Of a stretch of DNA of 64,000 nt, positions 46,060-55,707 are shown in pieces; position 1 is the stretch's first letter; each line of letters starts with the position of its first letter. The position numbers and the translations under genes are program-made. The stretch lies in IMG/VR virus record IMGVR_UViG_3300023235_000008, positions 124,001 to 188,000 of that record; one strand, 5' to 3'. The notes under the pieces were generated by a model. That model was not told where the DNA came from, did no database searches, and worked only from the letters and a program-made list of their open reading frames with translations.

Positions 46060-49000
46060 TAACTTGTACTCCCTACATTAGTATTTTCGATAGTGGTAGT
46101 AGTGGCGAATGAACTAGTGATTGTATCGTCGGTGGAAGAGGACGATACTACATTGCCGCTTGCTTTTAGTCTACTTGCCGTAATTCCGTCAATAATATCA
46201 ACATCACTTACTGTTGCTGACGATATAAAGATTTCATCACGCTGGGCAGTGATTTGAAATAACGATCCAAATACTTGGTCGCCGCTATTAGGAACAATCA
46301 ATACCGTTTCGATATCAGGCACAAGCTCTTGGTGAATATATCCTGCAAGTTCACTGAAGAAGAATGTGTCACCAAAATCCCAGTTATCCACTGCAAAGAA
46401 TTCATTAATTGCATTAATAACACGAACGTTTATTTCACTATCAGTTTTTAGTGTTGCTGAATTTTTGATAACCTTGAAGGTTGACTGCAATGATGGATCG
46501 GATTTTTCACCAAATAATGGTCTATATTTGACACTGTTGAAAATAATCGTATCGCTGATTGCCTTAAATGCTTCCAGACCACCAAAACTATTACGTAATT
46601 CAAAACTGGTTGGCTTAGTCGGCTCAGTCAATGTGTTGGTAGTATCAGCAATATATGCACGATAATCCTCATCGTATGCACGTGTTAACAAGAACATATC
46701 AACGAAGTTCGAAGGCGATGGGTCAATACGGCGGCCGTTCGGACTGTTGTGCGTGTACTGGAAGTTAAGTAGGTCACGTCCAATACGAACACGATATTCT
46801 GTAGATTCGGCGACAGTACGTGTTCCTGCCGAACTAATGCTCATCACAAAGAATTTTTCTTCGGTCGTGGCATAAAATATCTGACCATCATTATACAATG
46901 ATAAATCTTGACTTATATCAATTTCTGCGGCATAATCAACATTAACAGTGGTGGATGAAATAGGACGATATCTTTCAAAGTTATCAACATCCAATACTTT
47001 TTCAAAAAATACCAATTTAGTTGTTACATTTGTTTCAGGGGCAACCACAATATCAAAAATCTCGGGGTTATCTGGAATACCGTCATCATCACGATCAGGA
47101 TAGGTCACTTTAATTTTAGTGCTATCAACATATCCATCACTTTCCTGAACATTCGCATACACAGAAAGATTATAGTTTGACGGGAAAGCCTCGTTTGCAT
47201 CAGGCTGGGCATTGATTTTTAAAATATTGATATTATCTTTGATTGTTTGTCCTGTACGTGGATCAAATATTTTCTGACCCGGCTCAAAGTAGAAGCGAGT
47301 TTGCAATGTGCTTTCAAAGAAATAATCCAATGAACGATACTTCACGGTATATGTTTCGCCATCTGTCTCAAACATAATAAACCAACTATTGTCTATGCCA
47401 GTTGAAGACGTGTCGCCCGCATTGCCAAGATTGAACGTTTCTGATTTATCCAAATCAACCCCATCGATAACAACCCATTCCTGCGTTTCTTGATCAAAGC
47501 GCAATCCAAACTCTTTAAATAGTTTAACACGTGAAATAATATCGCTTTCTACAACCGCAGGGAAATCATTCGTAAATGGAACAATAATCTCAGTGGGGAT
47601 TGCGGCACTTGGAAGTATATCATTCAATGATACCGGACCCGTGCCATCAGTCAATGCACCCGTTCCTTGATTCGAACCATCATCCACCACGTTAGTGACG
47701 GCGCTCCATATAAAATCACGGGTTCCCGGCGCACCACTTGTTCCTGCCTCAAGCGTTCCATTTTCACGGAAAAAGAAACCATCGGGGGCAACAAACTTAA
47801 CAAGCGAACTTGTTTTTAAAAACTTCAGGTTGGATGTTACAAAACTACCAATACTTAATGGATCACCGGATGCGTTAGCAAAATATCCAGTTGTTAGGTT
47901 GGTTCCTGTTGTTAACTGAATCCACTGAACGTCATTAACAGTAATATCATATGGTGAATAATTCTTAAAGTAGAAATGCAACGCTGGTTTATCAGCAATA
48001 ATAGGTTCCAATGTATTAATAACAACGTTCAAAATGTCGTTATCATTGATAAACTCAAAGGTAAAGGTTTCAATGCTTTCAAACTCATACAATAATCCGT
48101 CATCGGCAAAGATATTGGTTGAACTATACTTACCAGTGGTATCACGAACATCCAAGTATCGTGAAATACCAGAACTTGCTCGGTTCACACTCTTAACTTT
48201 CAAGATATCATTGTATTGCGTTAACGGAAATGCATTATAATCTTCACCATTTATCATTCTATTTTGCGAATAGTAACTCAATGGTGCATTTGCACGAACA
48301 CTGTTTATGCTTTCACGAGAAGACGCATTTGAAACCGTTGCTTCAAGGCTCAACTCAAGTGATACTGTCTCCAACTGATTGTTACGACTTAGATACGGAA
48401 TATCAACAACAATACCTTGCATATTATCTGGTGTTATTTTATAATCAAGCGCATTACCAGCACGGAAAATTACCCGAAAGTCGCCAACTGGAATATCTGA
48501 AAATACACCATCACCAAATGCAATATCAATCTGATCATTAGTACGACTATTCACCGAATAAAGTGTACGGGTGCTTGCCGCAAGATCGTTGTAAATAATG
48601 TTTGTACCTGAAATCGCAGGAACTTTAGTCCACTCGCTTTCCACATTGCCATCTGCATCCAATTTGTAAAGCCATACATCAGTATTATCAACATTCGAAA
48701 CATTAATAGATACAATGCGGTTTTCAATAGATTCATCAATAGTAAAATCAGCCTGTTGAACCACGCCCTGCTTAAAGTACGTAAAGAAACCAGTGTTATT
48801 TGAACCGTTACCACGTCCATCATTGCGATAGATTAGATTAAACCCACTGCCCGGAACAGGTGGTTGCTCATATACATAACTTTGTCCAGAAAATGAACCA
48901 TTCACCAATTCAAAGTTCATATCGATGCCGTTCACGTTATTACTGAAAGAATAGATAGGAACGGTGTTCGGCACCAAGTTCAATGTATATTCTTCAACCT

Positions 49001-49550
49001 TAATACCGTTTATGTCGCCCGCATACGCTGGCTTGCCAAATCGCTGCGAACGTTGTAATGACGCATTCATAACAATAGTAAACTGTTCTAAGAAATCGCT
49101 GTTGGTATTGTCGTCCCAAATAATAGGGGTATCAGCAAGATTAAAACCGTTGCTGTCAAAAATGTTTTCAGTAGTAGAAATAGATTGAATCTTTAAAAAA
49201 CCACGTGCAGTAGAACTACGCTTCGGATGATAGTTAAGCATACGTGCAAGTTGCAATACGCTGTCACGGCGTTCTGCTGTTTCAAGAAAGTTTTCACGTG
49301 CATTCATATCGGTGCGGAACGCAAGGCTCTGTCCCATAAACGCAATCAAATCAATAAGTGCAATATATTCGGAGGATTCAATGAAATCGTTGAAATCTTC
49401 AGGATAATAAATCCGAAGATAATCAATCATCGTCTTTCTTAATGTCTCGTAATCATATGACTGGAAGTCCGCTTCACGAAATGTTTCATAAACTTTCTTC
49501 CAATCCTCATTGATAAATAAATTAAACCCACGTGTTGATGTTGCTGTCAT
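46059..49550 (-). CDS. Baseplate wedge protein (T4 gp6-like)
   Basis: NARENFLETAERRDSV, FGDGVF, QNRMINGEDY. Confidence 0.85.
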   Translation of the reverse strand: MTATSTRGFNLFINEDWKKVYETFREADFQSYDYETLRKTMIDYLRIYYPEDFNDFIESSEYIALIDLIAFMGQSLAFRTDMNARENFLETAERRDSVLQLARMLNYHPKRSSTARGFLKIQSISTTENIFDSNGFNLADTPIIWDDNTNSDFLEQFTIVMNASLQRSQRFGKPAYAGDINGIKVEEYTLNLVPNTVPIYSFSNNVNGIDMNFELVNGSFSGQSYVYEQPPVPGSGFNLIYRNDGRGNGSNNTGFFTYFKQGVVQQADFTIDESIENRIVSINVSNVDNTDVWLYKLDADGNVESEWTKVPAISGTNIIYNDLAASTRTLYSVNSRTNDQIDIAFGDGVFSDIPVGDFRVIFRAGNALDYKITPDNMQGIVVDIPYLSRNNQLETVSLELSLEATVSNASSRESINSVRANAPLSYYSQNRMINGEDYNAFPLTQYNDILKVKSVNRASSGISRYLDVRDTTGKYSSTNIFADDGLLYEFESIETFTFEFINDNDILNVVINTLEPIIADKPALHFYFKNYSPYDITVNDVQWIQLTTGTNLTTGYFANASGDPLSIGSFVTSNLKFLKTSSLVKFVAPDGFFFRENGTLEAGTSGAPGTRDFIWSAVTNVVDDGSNQGTGALTDGTGPVSLNDILPSAAIPTEIIVPFTNDFPAVVESDIISRVKLFKEFGLRFDQETQEWVVIDGVDLDKSETFNLGNAGDTSSTGIDNSWFIMFETDGETYTVKYRSLDYFFESTLQTRFYFEPGQKIFDPRTGQTIKDNINILKINAQPDANEAFPSNYNLSVYANVQESDGYVDSTKIKVTYPDRDDDGIPDNPEIFDIVVAPETNVTTKLVFFEKVLDVDNFERYRPISSTTVNVDYAAEIDISQDLSLYNDGQIFYATTEEKFFVMSISSAGTRTVAESTEYRVRIGRDLLNFQYTHNSPNGRRIDPSPSNFVDMFLLTRAYDEDYRAYIADTTNTLTEPTKPTSFELRNSFGGLEAFKAISDTIIFNSVKYRPLFGEKSDPSLQSTFKVIKNSATLKTDSEINVRVINAINEFFAVDNWDFGDTFFFSELAGYIHQELVPDIETVLIVPNSGDQVFGSLFQITAQRDEIFISSATVSDVDIIDGITASRLKASGNVVSSSSTDDTITSSFATTTTIENTNVGSTS

Positions 49551-49603
49551 ACTATTTGAATCCTACTGTTAATGTATTTATGATTTATAATAAAGTGTGC
49601 ATA

Positions 49604-49987
49604 TTATAGTATTGACGTACTGATTTGCTGTGTTTCGCCGTTAAACTGCAATAATAACTCTTCAGAAAGGTCTAACTCACGATAAAATAACTCTACTTCT
49701 ACTTGTAACCCAAGCTCATATTCCGTTAGGATTACATTCGATACTTGTGTTCGTGGGTCGCTGTTGACAATAGTGGTTACATCGTCTACTATAGATTGCT
49801 TGACATCTTCGGTCATGGGATCGTATATATGATCCCAAATGATTGTGCCGAAATCAGGACGCATTAACTTCTCGCCTTTACGGATTTGAAAATGATTAAG
49901 TAAATCACGCTTGATTAACTCTTTATCTTCCAAACGGGTTGACCCAAAGACCGTATCGACCGTGTTATAACCTCTATAAAAACTCAT
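49604..49987 (-). CDS. Baseplate gp25-like protein
   Basis: RKGEKLMRPDFGT, DPR. Confidence 0.85.
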   Translation of the reverse strand: MSFYRGYNTVDTVFGSTRLEDKELIKRDLLNHFQIRKGEKLMRPDFGTIIWDHIYDPMTEDVKQSIVDDVTTIVNSDPRTQVSNVILTEYELGLQVEVELFYRELDLSEELLLQFNGETQQISTSIL

Positions 49988-50015
49988 ATTATTATCTCCT
50001 TGTGGTATTTAGTCG

Positions 50016-50044
50016 TTGACAATAGGCAATGCTTAATGTATATT
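50016..50044 (+). promoter_or_regulatory. sigma70-type early promoter
   Basis: TTGACA-N17-TATATT; GGAG SD before 50069. Confidence 0.7.
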
Positions 50045-50068
50045 GAACGAAATAGATGGAGAAATACG

Positions 50069-50230
50069 ATGGCTAAGAAAGTCTACAAGTTTGTAAATCA
50101 CGACGAGATTCCAGCAATCACCGCCGAATATGTATTAAGCGTTGCTGATGCTGATAGCATCTGGTCCATACCTATTGACGAAATCAATGAGTTCCTTAAC
50201 GACTTGGAAGAATATGATGGATTATCGTAA
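50069..50230 (+). CDS. Acidic microprotein MAKKVYKFVNHDEIP…
   Basis: Promoter plus GGAG SD. Confidence 0.65.
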   Translation: MAKKVYKFVNHDEIPAITAEYVLSVADADSIWSIPIDEINEFLNDLEEYDGLS

Positions 50231-50744
50231 AAGTGGGTCAACATGTACGCATTCCAATTGGGATGGTAAATGGTATAGTTCGTCACATACAGTAAGTATT
50301 GACAAACTGCGGAATCACCAAGGGGATACTCTACCAGATTGGGAACGCCTTATCATAATGAAAGAAGTTCTATCACCAGAACAATATGAGTTCAATAAAA
50401 ATTTCGACGGATTTGCCCATTTAACAGATACAGAAATGCGTAATATATCTATGCGTTCGTTCCCAACATTACGTTCTGAAGTATTTCAATGGTTGCGTGA
50501 AAATGTTGCGGATTCAACCGATATCAATCGCAAAGACCGACCAGAAGGATGGTGCATTGGTTCAGCCGAATATCGTGTAAGTGGCGCATCGGGTTACCTA
50601 ACCATCTGGTTTTTACGGCGTCTTGATGCAATGAAGTTTATCAAAAAGTGGAGTGTTTACAATCAGCCAGAAGAATACTCGAATGATGACGGTATGTGGA
50701 AACGTCTTATTGACGGCATACTTGTAGATGTAGAGCAAAACTGA
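50214..50744 (+). CDS. Hypothetical protein, paralog A
   Basis: WFLRRLDAMKFIKKWS; paralog of the next gene. Confidence 0.75.
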   Translation: MMDYRKSGSTCTHSNWDGKWYSSSHTVSIDKLRNHQGDTLPDWERLIIMKEVLSPEQYEFNKNFDGFAHLTDTEMRNISMRSFPTLRSEVFQWLRENVADSTDINRKDRPEGWCIGSAEYRVSGASGYLTIWFLRRLDAMKFIKKWSVYNQPEEYSNDDGMWKRLIDGILVDVEQN

Positions 50745-51081
50745 TGAGATATTTAAAAGGTTGGTATTTTTGTAGCGATTCGAATTGGGGCACTTCATTT
50801 GACTCAGGACATAGGGTGTCAGTTGAAACGCATGAAGATTTTAAGCATGGTTCAGTTGAGTGCGATGATTGGAAACGTCTAATCATTATGAAAAGCGCCA
50901 TTAATAAAGTAAGATATGATATGTATGCACGTTTGAACCCCGAATGGACCGATTCTGAGTTAATAAGGTTAGCAGTAGAAGAGTTCCCAACATTACGTTC
51001 TGAAGTATTTCAATGGTTGCGTGAAAATGTTGCGGATTCAACCGATATCAATCGCAAAGACCGACCAGAAGGATGGTGCAT
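50459..51081. repeat. 99-bp exact direct repeat between paralogs
   Basis: 50459-50557 is identical to 50983-51081. Confidence 0.9.
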
Positions 51082-51259
51082 CGGAGATACACAACGCCGC
51101 ATGAAAGAAATGGTTGAGTTAAATATATGGTTTTTACGGCGGCGGGACGCACTGAAGTTTATCAAAACGTGGAGTGTTCACAAACAACCAACCGAAACCT
51201 TCAGCGACGACATAAAGAAGGTGTTGATTGATGGAAAACTTGTAGAAATAGAACGATAG
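50744..51259 (+). CDS. Hypothetical protein, paralog B
   Basis: WFLRRRDALKFIKTWS. Confidence 0.75.
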   Translation: MRYLKGWYFCSDSNWGTSFDSGHRVSVETHEDFKHGSVECDDWKRLIIMKSAINKVRYDMYARLNPEWTDSELIRLAVEEFPTLRSEVFQWLRENVADSTDINRKDRPEGWCIGDTQRRMKEMVELNIWFLRRRDALKFIKTWSVHKQPTETFSDDIKKVLIDGKLVEIER

Positions 51260-51269
51260 GAAAAAGTTC

Positions 51270-51539
51270 ATGAATGAAGAAAAAGAGTATTACAGTCACT
51301 ATCCAGACCGTTACGTATGTAGTGTGATTGACGAAATGCGGAAGTGTCATGAAACCCGCAACTATGCCATTCTACCTAGTCTCATTGAAGAAATGCAGAC
51401 GATGGTTAATCGTATGGAAGCCGGTCTTAGTGAACAAAAAAGTATGAATAAACTTAGCGAAGATTTCAAGAAACTGCGTGTAGAATATAACGAACTTGTT
51501 ACCGAATACAACGACCTCAATGATAAAGGTAAGAAATAA
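51270..51539 (+). CDS. Coiled-coil hypothetical protein
   Basis: 89-aa ORF with AGGA SD. Confidence 0.7.
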   Translation: MNEEKEYYSHYPDRYVCSVIDEMRKCHETRNYAILPSLIEEMQTMVNRMEAGLSEQKSMNKLSEDFKKLRVEYNELVTEYNDLNDKGKK

Positions 51540-51871
51540 TGTTCGGATTTAAGAAAGTTATTGATGAAACTATTTCCCGTGAAGAGTTCTGGGAAACGTT
51601 ATCAACCGACCACGGCATCAAGGCGGGCGATATTGTCCAGACACGAGATATCAGCCGTGGAAGCAAGTTAGTTTCTGGTGGATGGTCGTATGATTGTGCG
51701 GTTGTAATGTCAGTAAATCCTTTTATTATGGTTTCTGAAGAAACTGATATGAAATGGTCGTGTGCAAAAGCAGAAGATTTTGAACCAGTCGGTGTTCGGG
51801 CTTCGCAACGGTGGTTCAAACACTGTTGGAAAAAACGTATGGACGGTAAACCCCCAAAATATAGGAGATAA
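51539..51871 (+). CDS. Hypothetical protein with FW tag near the N-terminus
   Basis: ISREEFWETL. Confidence 0.7.
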   Translation: MFGFKKVIDETISREEFWETLSTDHGIKAGDIVQTRDISRGSKLVSGGWSYDCAVVMSVNPFIMVSEETDMKWSCAKAEDFEPVGVRASQRWFKHCWKKRMDGKPPKYRR

Positions 51872-51872
51872 T

Positions 51873-52619
51873 ATGAGAATTCACAGTAAGTTTCAAGACT
51901 ATTACGACTCTGCACTCGGATTTGGTATTGACGAACAATGCCATTATTCCCGACAGACTGAATACATCAATGATAATCCGCTTAATGGATTGAAGCAGAT
52001 CGGGTTCTATGAAGAACTGTTCGAAAGTATACCCCACGAACATGGTACTTGGACAACTAGCTTTGATGGTGTGAAAACTCATATCTTTTTGTTCTGTGGT
52101 AAGATGTATATTTGTATTCAATTCACAATTGAAGAAGAACAGCAATACAAAGATATATGGTGTTACTCGCCCGATGATATTGCTGAAGTGATTAACGAAT
52201 ACGGTTCCGATAATGATAAAAGTCGTTGGAATAGGAAAAAATACGACAAGGAAAAGCGGCGCATCGGTTTCCGTTATAGTATAACCAATAAGCGGCACAT
52301 GGAAGAAATGTTCACAAAATATAGCGGCGTTGAGCGTGATGATATCGATGACTTCCATCACGAGACTGGCATTCCTGTTATAGTTATTAAGCCCTCTAGA
52401 ATGGCAAATGGCGATGTGTTGACTTACAATCCAGTCCTAAAGGATTATCAATTCTACAAAGTATTGGATGCCTTTACTGCCTTTCAAGAATTGAGCATGT
52501 ATATTTCTGGTGTGCTTGGTGGTCATTCACCAAAGATGATAGAAGTAAGTAACGAAGTCAAAATCCACAAAGCTGGGTTTGACAAGTTTTCATTCAGAAA
52601 AGATAAGGAAGAGAAATAA
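51873..52619 (+). CDS. Phage hypothetical protein (MRIHSKFQDYYD…)
   Basis: AGGAG SD; NPVLKDYQFYK, AFQELSMYI. Confidence 0.75.
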   Translation: MRIHSKFQDYYDSALGFGIDEQCHYSRQTEYINDNPLNGLKQIGFYEELFESIPHEHGTWTTSFDGVKTHIFLFCGKMYICIQFTIEEEQQYKDIWCYSPDDIAEVINEYGSDNDKSRWNRKKYDKEKRRIGFRYSITNKRHMEEMFTKYSGVERDDIDDFHHETGIPVIVIKPSRMANGDVLTYNPVLKDYQFYKVLDAFTAFQELSMYISGVLGGHSPKMIEVSNEVKIHKAGFDKFSFRKDKEEK

Positions 52620-52804
52620 TGGATAAAATCACGTTGATAGAAAAAGACTATTGTTCAGAAGAACTATGCGACCTTGACCGTGACGTGTCGGAATGTTTAG
52701 ACCCGTTATTCACGCCCGGTGCAAAACATATACCAGTCGATGAACATGGATTTCATCCCGGCGTATTCAAAGTGTCGATTACATGGGTGAATGATAATGG
52801 TTAA
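52619..52804 (+). CDS. Hypothetical microprotein
   Basis: TAATG coupling. Confidence 0.6.
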   Translation: MDKITLIEKDYCSEELCDLDRDVSECLDPLFTPGAKHIPVDEHGFHPGVFKVSITWVNDNG

Positions 52805-53033
52805 AAAACCCACACCTAAAAAAGCTGTGCCTAAAAAAGCTGCACCAGTAAAGAAAGCACCACCTAAAAAGGTCAAGAATACTGACCCATTCGAAATACC
52901 AAGGTTTTTGAATCGGTGGATTGGTAAGACTGAAATCGTAAAACTTATTAGCGATGACAAAGGCAATCTTATCAAAGTTGACAAAAAAGGTAATAAGTAT
53001 GATGCTGCAACCGATAAAGTAATAAAAAAATGA
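52791..53033 (+). CDS. Lys/Pro/Ala-rich basic protein (histone-H1-like N-terminus)
   Basis: KKPTPKKAVPKKAAPVKKAPPKK. Confidence 0.6.
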   Translation: MIMVKKPTPKKAVPKKAAPVKKAPPKKVKNTDPFEIPRFLNRWIGKTEIVKLISDDKGNLIKVDKKGNKYDAATDKVIKK

Positions 53034-53656
53034 TGCCGGATTTTAAATATAATATAAGCCGTGTGTGGTCCACCGCCGAAGCAAAGGCGAAGCCGTGGTC
53101 AACCGCAGGGTATATTGCGGTAATTATTGTTAGTTTTTTTGCGTACGTATTATTTGTTAATGTATGGTTATTTACACTCAGTGATATGATGTGGTACGGC
53201 GATGCATCTTTTGGTCCGCATCCTATGGACGAAAGGTTTCAGGTGTTCACTGCGATTTTGTCTACGGTGTCATTCGTGGTGTTCTGTGCAACATGGATGT
53301 TTACAACAGATAGAGCAAAATTCATCGTTAATCGATTTTCGGCATTTGCAGTCCATTACGGAAAACGGGCAATGAAAGATATCAAAAAGGAATGCACGGT
53401 GGGTTATGCTAATAACACATTTACATCTCATCATAATCCCCTTTTAGAAAAAATGGCAGGTATTACAAACATCAACTGCCACCTATTACTTACTCATAAT
53501 AATACATCACACATGACTATTTTTAAGAAAGATGCGGTTGACGATTATATGATATACGGATTTCCAATCGATGGTAAGCTAGAGTTTTGTGTAGAAGGTG
53601 AAAAAAATATGTTCTTTTTACAACTTTCCAGTGATATTTTCATTGACAATGGCTAA
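53030..53656 (+). CDS. Two-TM membrane protein with C-terminal EKNMFFLQL tag variant
   Basis: Two hydrophobic segments. Confidence 0.7.
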   Translation: MMPDFKYNISRVWSTAEAKAKPWSTAGYIAVIIVSFFAYVLFVNVWLFTLSDMMWYGDASFGPHPMDERFQVFTAILSTVSFVVFCATWMFTTDRAKFIVNRFSAFAVHYGKRAMKDIKKECTVGYANNTFTSHHNPLLEKMAGITNINCHLLLTHNNTSHMTIFKKDAVDDYMIYGFPIDGKLEFCVEGEKNMFFLQLSSDIFIDNG

Positions 53657-53677
53657 TATTATGATATTATATAAATA
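53643..53677 (+). promoter_or_regulatory. Overlapping sigma70-type and late promoters
   Basis: TTGACA-N16-TATTAT and TATAAATA (53670-53677). Confidence 0.7.
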
Positions 53678-53697
53678 TCAAACATTGGAGAAGAACT

Positions 53698-53868
53698 ATG
53701 GCAAAGAAAACAATCAAGTATGTATCGAAAGACGAAATCCCTACACTACGTAGCGGAATCAATCTTGGCTTGCCTATGTTCCGTAAACGTGTTGAAGCCA
53801 AAAAAACTGGCAAAGCAAGCTACACCCGCAATACTAAACATAAGGGTGATGGCAGAAATGGCGTTTGA
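53698..53868 (+). CDS. arfA: Alternative ribosome-rescue factor A homolog (56 aa, not in ORF track)
   Basis: PMFRKRVEAKKTGKASYTRNTKH matches the ArfA core as recalled for E. coli ([23 protein letters not shown]); GGAG SD and its own promoters. Confidence 0.85.
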   Translation: MAKKTIKYVSKDEIPTLRSGINLGLPMFRKRVEAKKTGKASYTRNTKHKGDGRNGV

Positions 53869-54034
53869 AAAAGAAGACTTTTGGAAAGCGTTATGCCAAC
53901 CCGAAAAACGAACGTGCTTTAACTGCATAAACAAAGAACAATATTCGGCACGTAGAGCGCCGTGTAATGGTTGTATGAAACAATACCCGAAAACCGTGTT
54001 GTGGGAATGGGATGGAAAAACCCATGACATTTAA
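53858..54034 (+). CDS. FW-tag microprotein, CxxC/WxW class
   Basis: MAFEKEDFWKALCQP…CFNC…CNGC…WEWDGK. Confidence 0.8.
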   Translation: MAFEKEDFWKALCQPEKRTCFNCINKEQYSARRAPCNGCMKQYPKTVLWEWDGKTHDI

Positions 54035-54359
54035 ACCATCAAAGGCAATAATCAAAAAAGAAGCAGCGTATATGAATACGGTGCTTTTTGCCGACGAAAT
54101 ACCCAAGTTCGATATTACAATAAAATACTTGACAGGCGCTTGGGCATATTGTATAAAGTATACAGATAATACATTCGAGATAGAAATGAATAACAGTTTT
54201 CCTACGAAAGAGTTATTCGCAAATGTTCTCGGACATGAAATGGTGCACATATATCAAATGACAAACGGCGATTCTGGTAATCACAATAGTTTGTTTTATT
54301 CGTTCCGTGATGCATTTTCTGAAAATGGATACCAACTGAAAAGAGTTTACAATGAGTAA
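54012..54359 (+). CDS. SprT-like zinc metalloprotease domain protein
   Basis: LGHEMVHIYQ…H…F. Confidence 0.75.
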   Translation: MEKPMTFKPSKAIIKKEAAYMNTVLFADEIPKFDITIKYLTGAWAYCIKYTDNTFEIEMNNSFPTKELFANVLGHEMVHIYQMTNGDSGNHNSLFYSFRDAFSENGYQLKRVYNE

Positions 54360-54750
54360 TACGTTTGGCGTCGATACAAAAGCTGTTATGTCCGGTATGC
54401 GCTTTGTTCGTGCATTGAATAGTGCATATGGTCCTGACCGTGGCATGGAAGTTTTTGATAAAATCCGTGAAGTGATGGGCGAAGATGTTGCCCGTGCCAT
54501 TTTCTTTGCACAACTTTCCTCAAATGTTGGCAACGATATTCGTATCACTAATCCCGGTCGAGAAAAAATCCAACTTATTAAAGAACTTCGCAACACACTC
54601 GGGTGTGGATTGAAAGATGCCAAAGATTATAGTGAAGGCACGAATCGTATCTTGGAATCATATTACGAAAAATATGTGGATATGGACAAAGTTATCAATA
54701 TTCTTGAAACAGCCGCCGACAGTTGGGGCGTCGAGTTCGAATACATATAA
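54352..54750 (+). CDS. Protein with ribosomal L7/L12 C-terminal-like domain
   Basis: KIQLIKELRNTLGCGLKDAKDYSE. Confidence 0.7.
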   Translation: MSNTFGVDTKAVMSGMRFVRALNSAYGPDRGMEVFDKIREVMGEDVARAIFFAQLSSNVGNDIRITNPGREKIQLIKELRNTLGCGLKDAKDYSEGTNRILESYYEKYVDMDKVINILETAADSWGVEFEYI

Positions 54751-54756
54751 TAAGCA

Positions 54757-54784
54757 TTGACAAACAAAATGATTGGTGTATAAT
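54757..54784 (+). promoter_or_regulatory. sigma70 promoter, probably leaderless transcript
   Basis: TTGACA-N16-TATAAT; ATG 6 nt later; no SD. Confidence 0.75.
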
Positions 54785-54790
54785 ACTCCT

Positions 54791-55504
54791 ATGATCAAGT
54801 TTACAGACATTCCAAATACAACGTTTAAAGGTTTCCGAGTATTCGGTGACGTGCATGGCGAGTTCGACGATATGGTTGAAATCGTTACAGGCGCACTTAA
54901 CGAAGACTTGTTTCCGATTGGACTAGGCGACTTTACTGATCGTGGTCCAGAATCAGACAAAGTTATGGCTTATGTATTGATGATGGCACGTAACGGTTTG
55001 TTCGCCAGCATCATTGGTAACCACGACGACAAGTTGTGGCGGGCTTTGAACGGCAACAATGTTAAAATCAACAACGGGTTGGAATTGACATTAGAGCAGT
55101 TGAACAACAACGATGACCGTGAAGGCATCGTTAATGAGTGGTTAACTGCAATGCCCAATATGCCATTGTTTGCTACATTTGACAAATATACTTTTGTTCA
55201 CGGTTCATTTCATCCTGCGATGTTGACGGCTGACGAGTTGGCATACAAAGATAAAAAAGGATGGGGCAAAGTTGTTTCCCGTGCAATGTATGGTCAAGTT
55301 GATGGATTTCAAGAAAACGGTTACCCTAATCGTATCCACGATTGGGTTGATACTATTCCCGCTGGACATACAGTGTTCGTCGGTCACGAGGTTGTAGGCG
55401 ATGTGCCAATAACCAAAACAGGTGCCTTGGGTGGCACGGCGCACTTCTTGGACACTGGTTCGGGCAAGGGCGGTTCAATCTCATTTATGGACGTGGAGTT
55501 TTAA
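54791..55504 (+). CDS. Calcineurin-like metallophosphoesterase (Pnkp-phosphatase-like)
   Basis: GDVHG, GDFTDRGP, GNHD, FVHG, GH, LDTG. Confidence 0.9.
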   Translation: MIKFTDIPNTTFKGFRVFGDVHGEFDDMVEIVTGALNEDLFPIGLGDFTDRGPESDKVMAYVLMMARNGLFASIIGNHDDKLWRALNGNNVKINNGLELTLEQLNNNDDREGIVNEWLTAMPNMPLFATFDKYTFVHGSFHPAMLTADELAYKDKKGWGKVVSRAMYGQVDGFQENGYPNRIHDWVDTIPAGHTVFVGHEVVGDVPITKTGALGGTAHFLDTGSGKGGSISFMDVEF

Positions 55505-55509
55505 AAACA

Positions 55510-55707
55510 ATGAAAGACAACTATAGCGGAGAACTTGCTTTCTTAGGATTGATTGCTTTCGCATTCGTAATCCTTGCAGTCGCTGGGTGGTTCACACACT
55601 TGTATGTGTGCTTTACCACGGCGGCTTGGGGCTTCCTTATCGCAGGGGCAATCTTCTTTCCAATCGGGGTATTCCACGGTTGGGGTAGTTGGTTCGGAAT
55701 CTGGTAA
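55510..55707 (+). CDS. Small membrane protein
   Basis: Two hydrophobic segments. Confidence 0.7.
   Translation: MKDNYSGELAFLGLIAFAFVILAVAGWFTHLYVCFTTAAWGFLIAGAIFFPIGVFHGWGSWFGIW

Noticed and set aside
33598-49442. Numerous 60-170 aa ORFs inside the baseplate genes
   Set aside because: Antisense or off-frame shadows of long coding sequences, with no SD or recognisable motifs.
50459-51081. Template/variable repeat pair of a diversity-generating retroelement
   Set aside because: The copies are identical with no adenine-specific mismatches, both are coding, and there is no reverse transcriptase in the window.
53720-53857. N-terminal part of the track ORF 53720..54034
   Set aside because: It overlaps the ArfA frame, which has the SD and promoters; the family motif indicates the real start is 53858.
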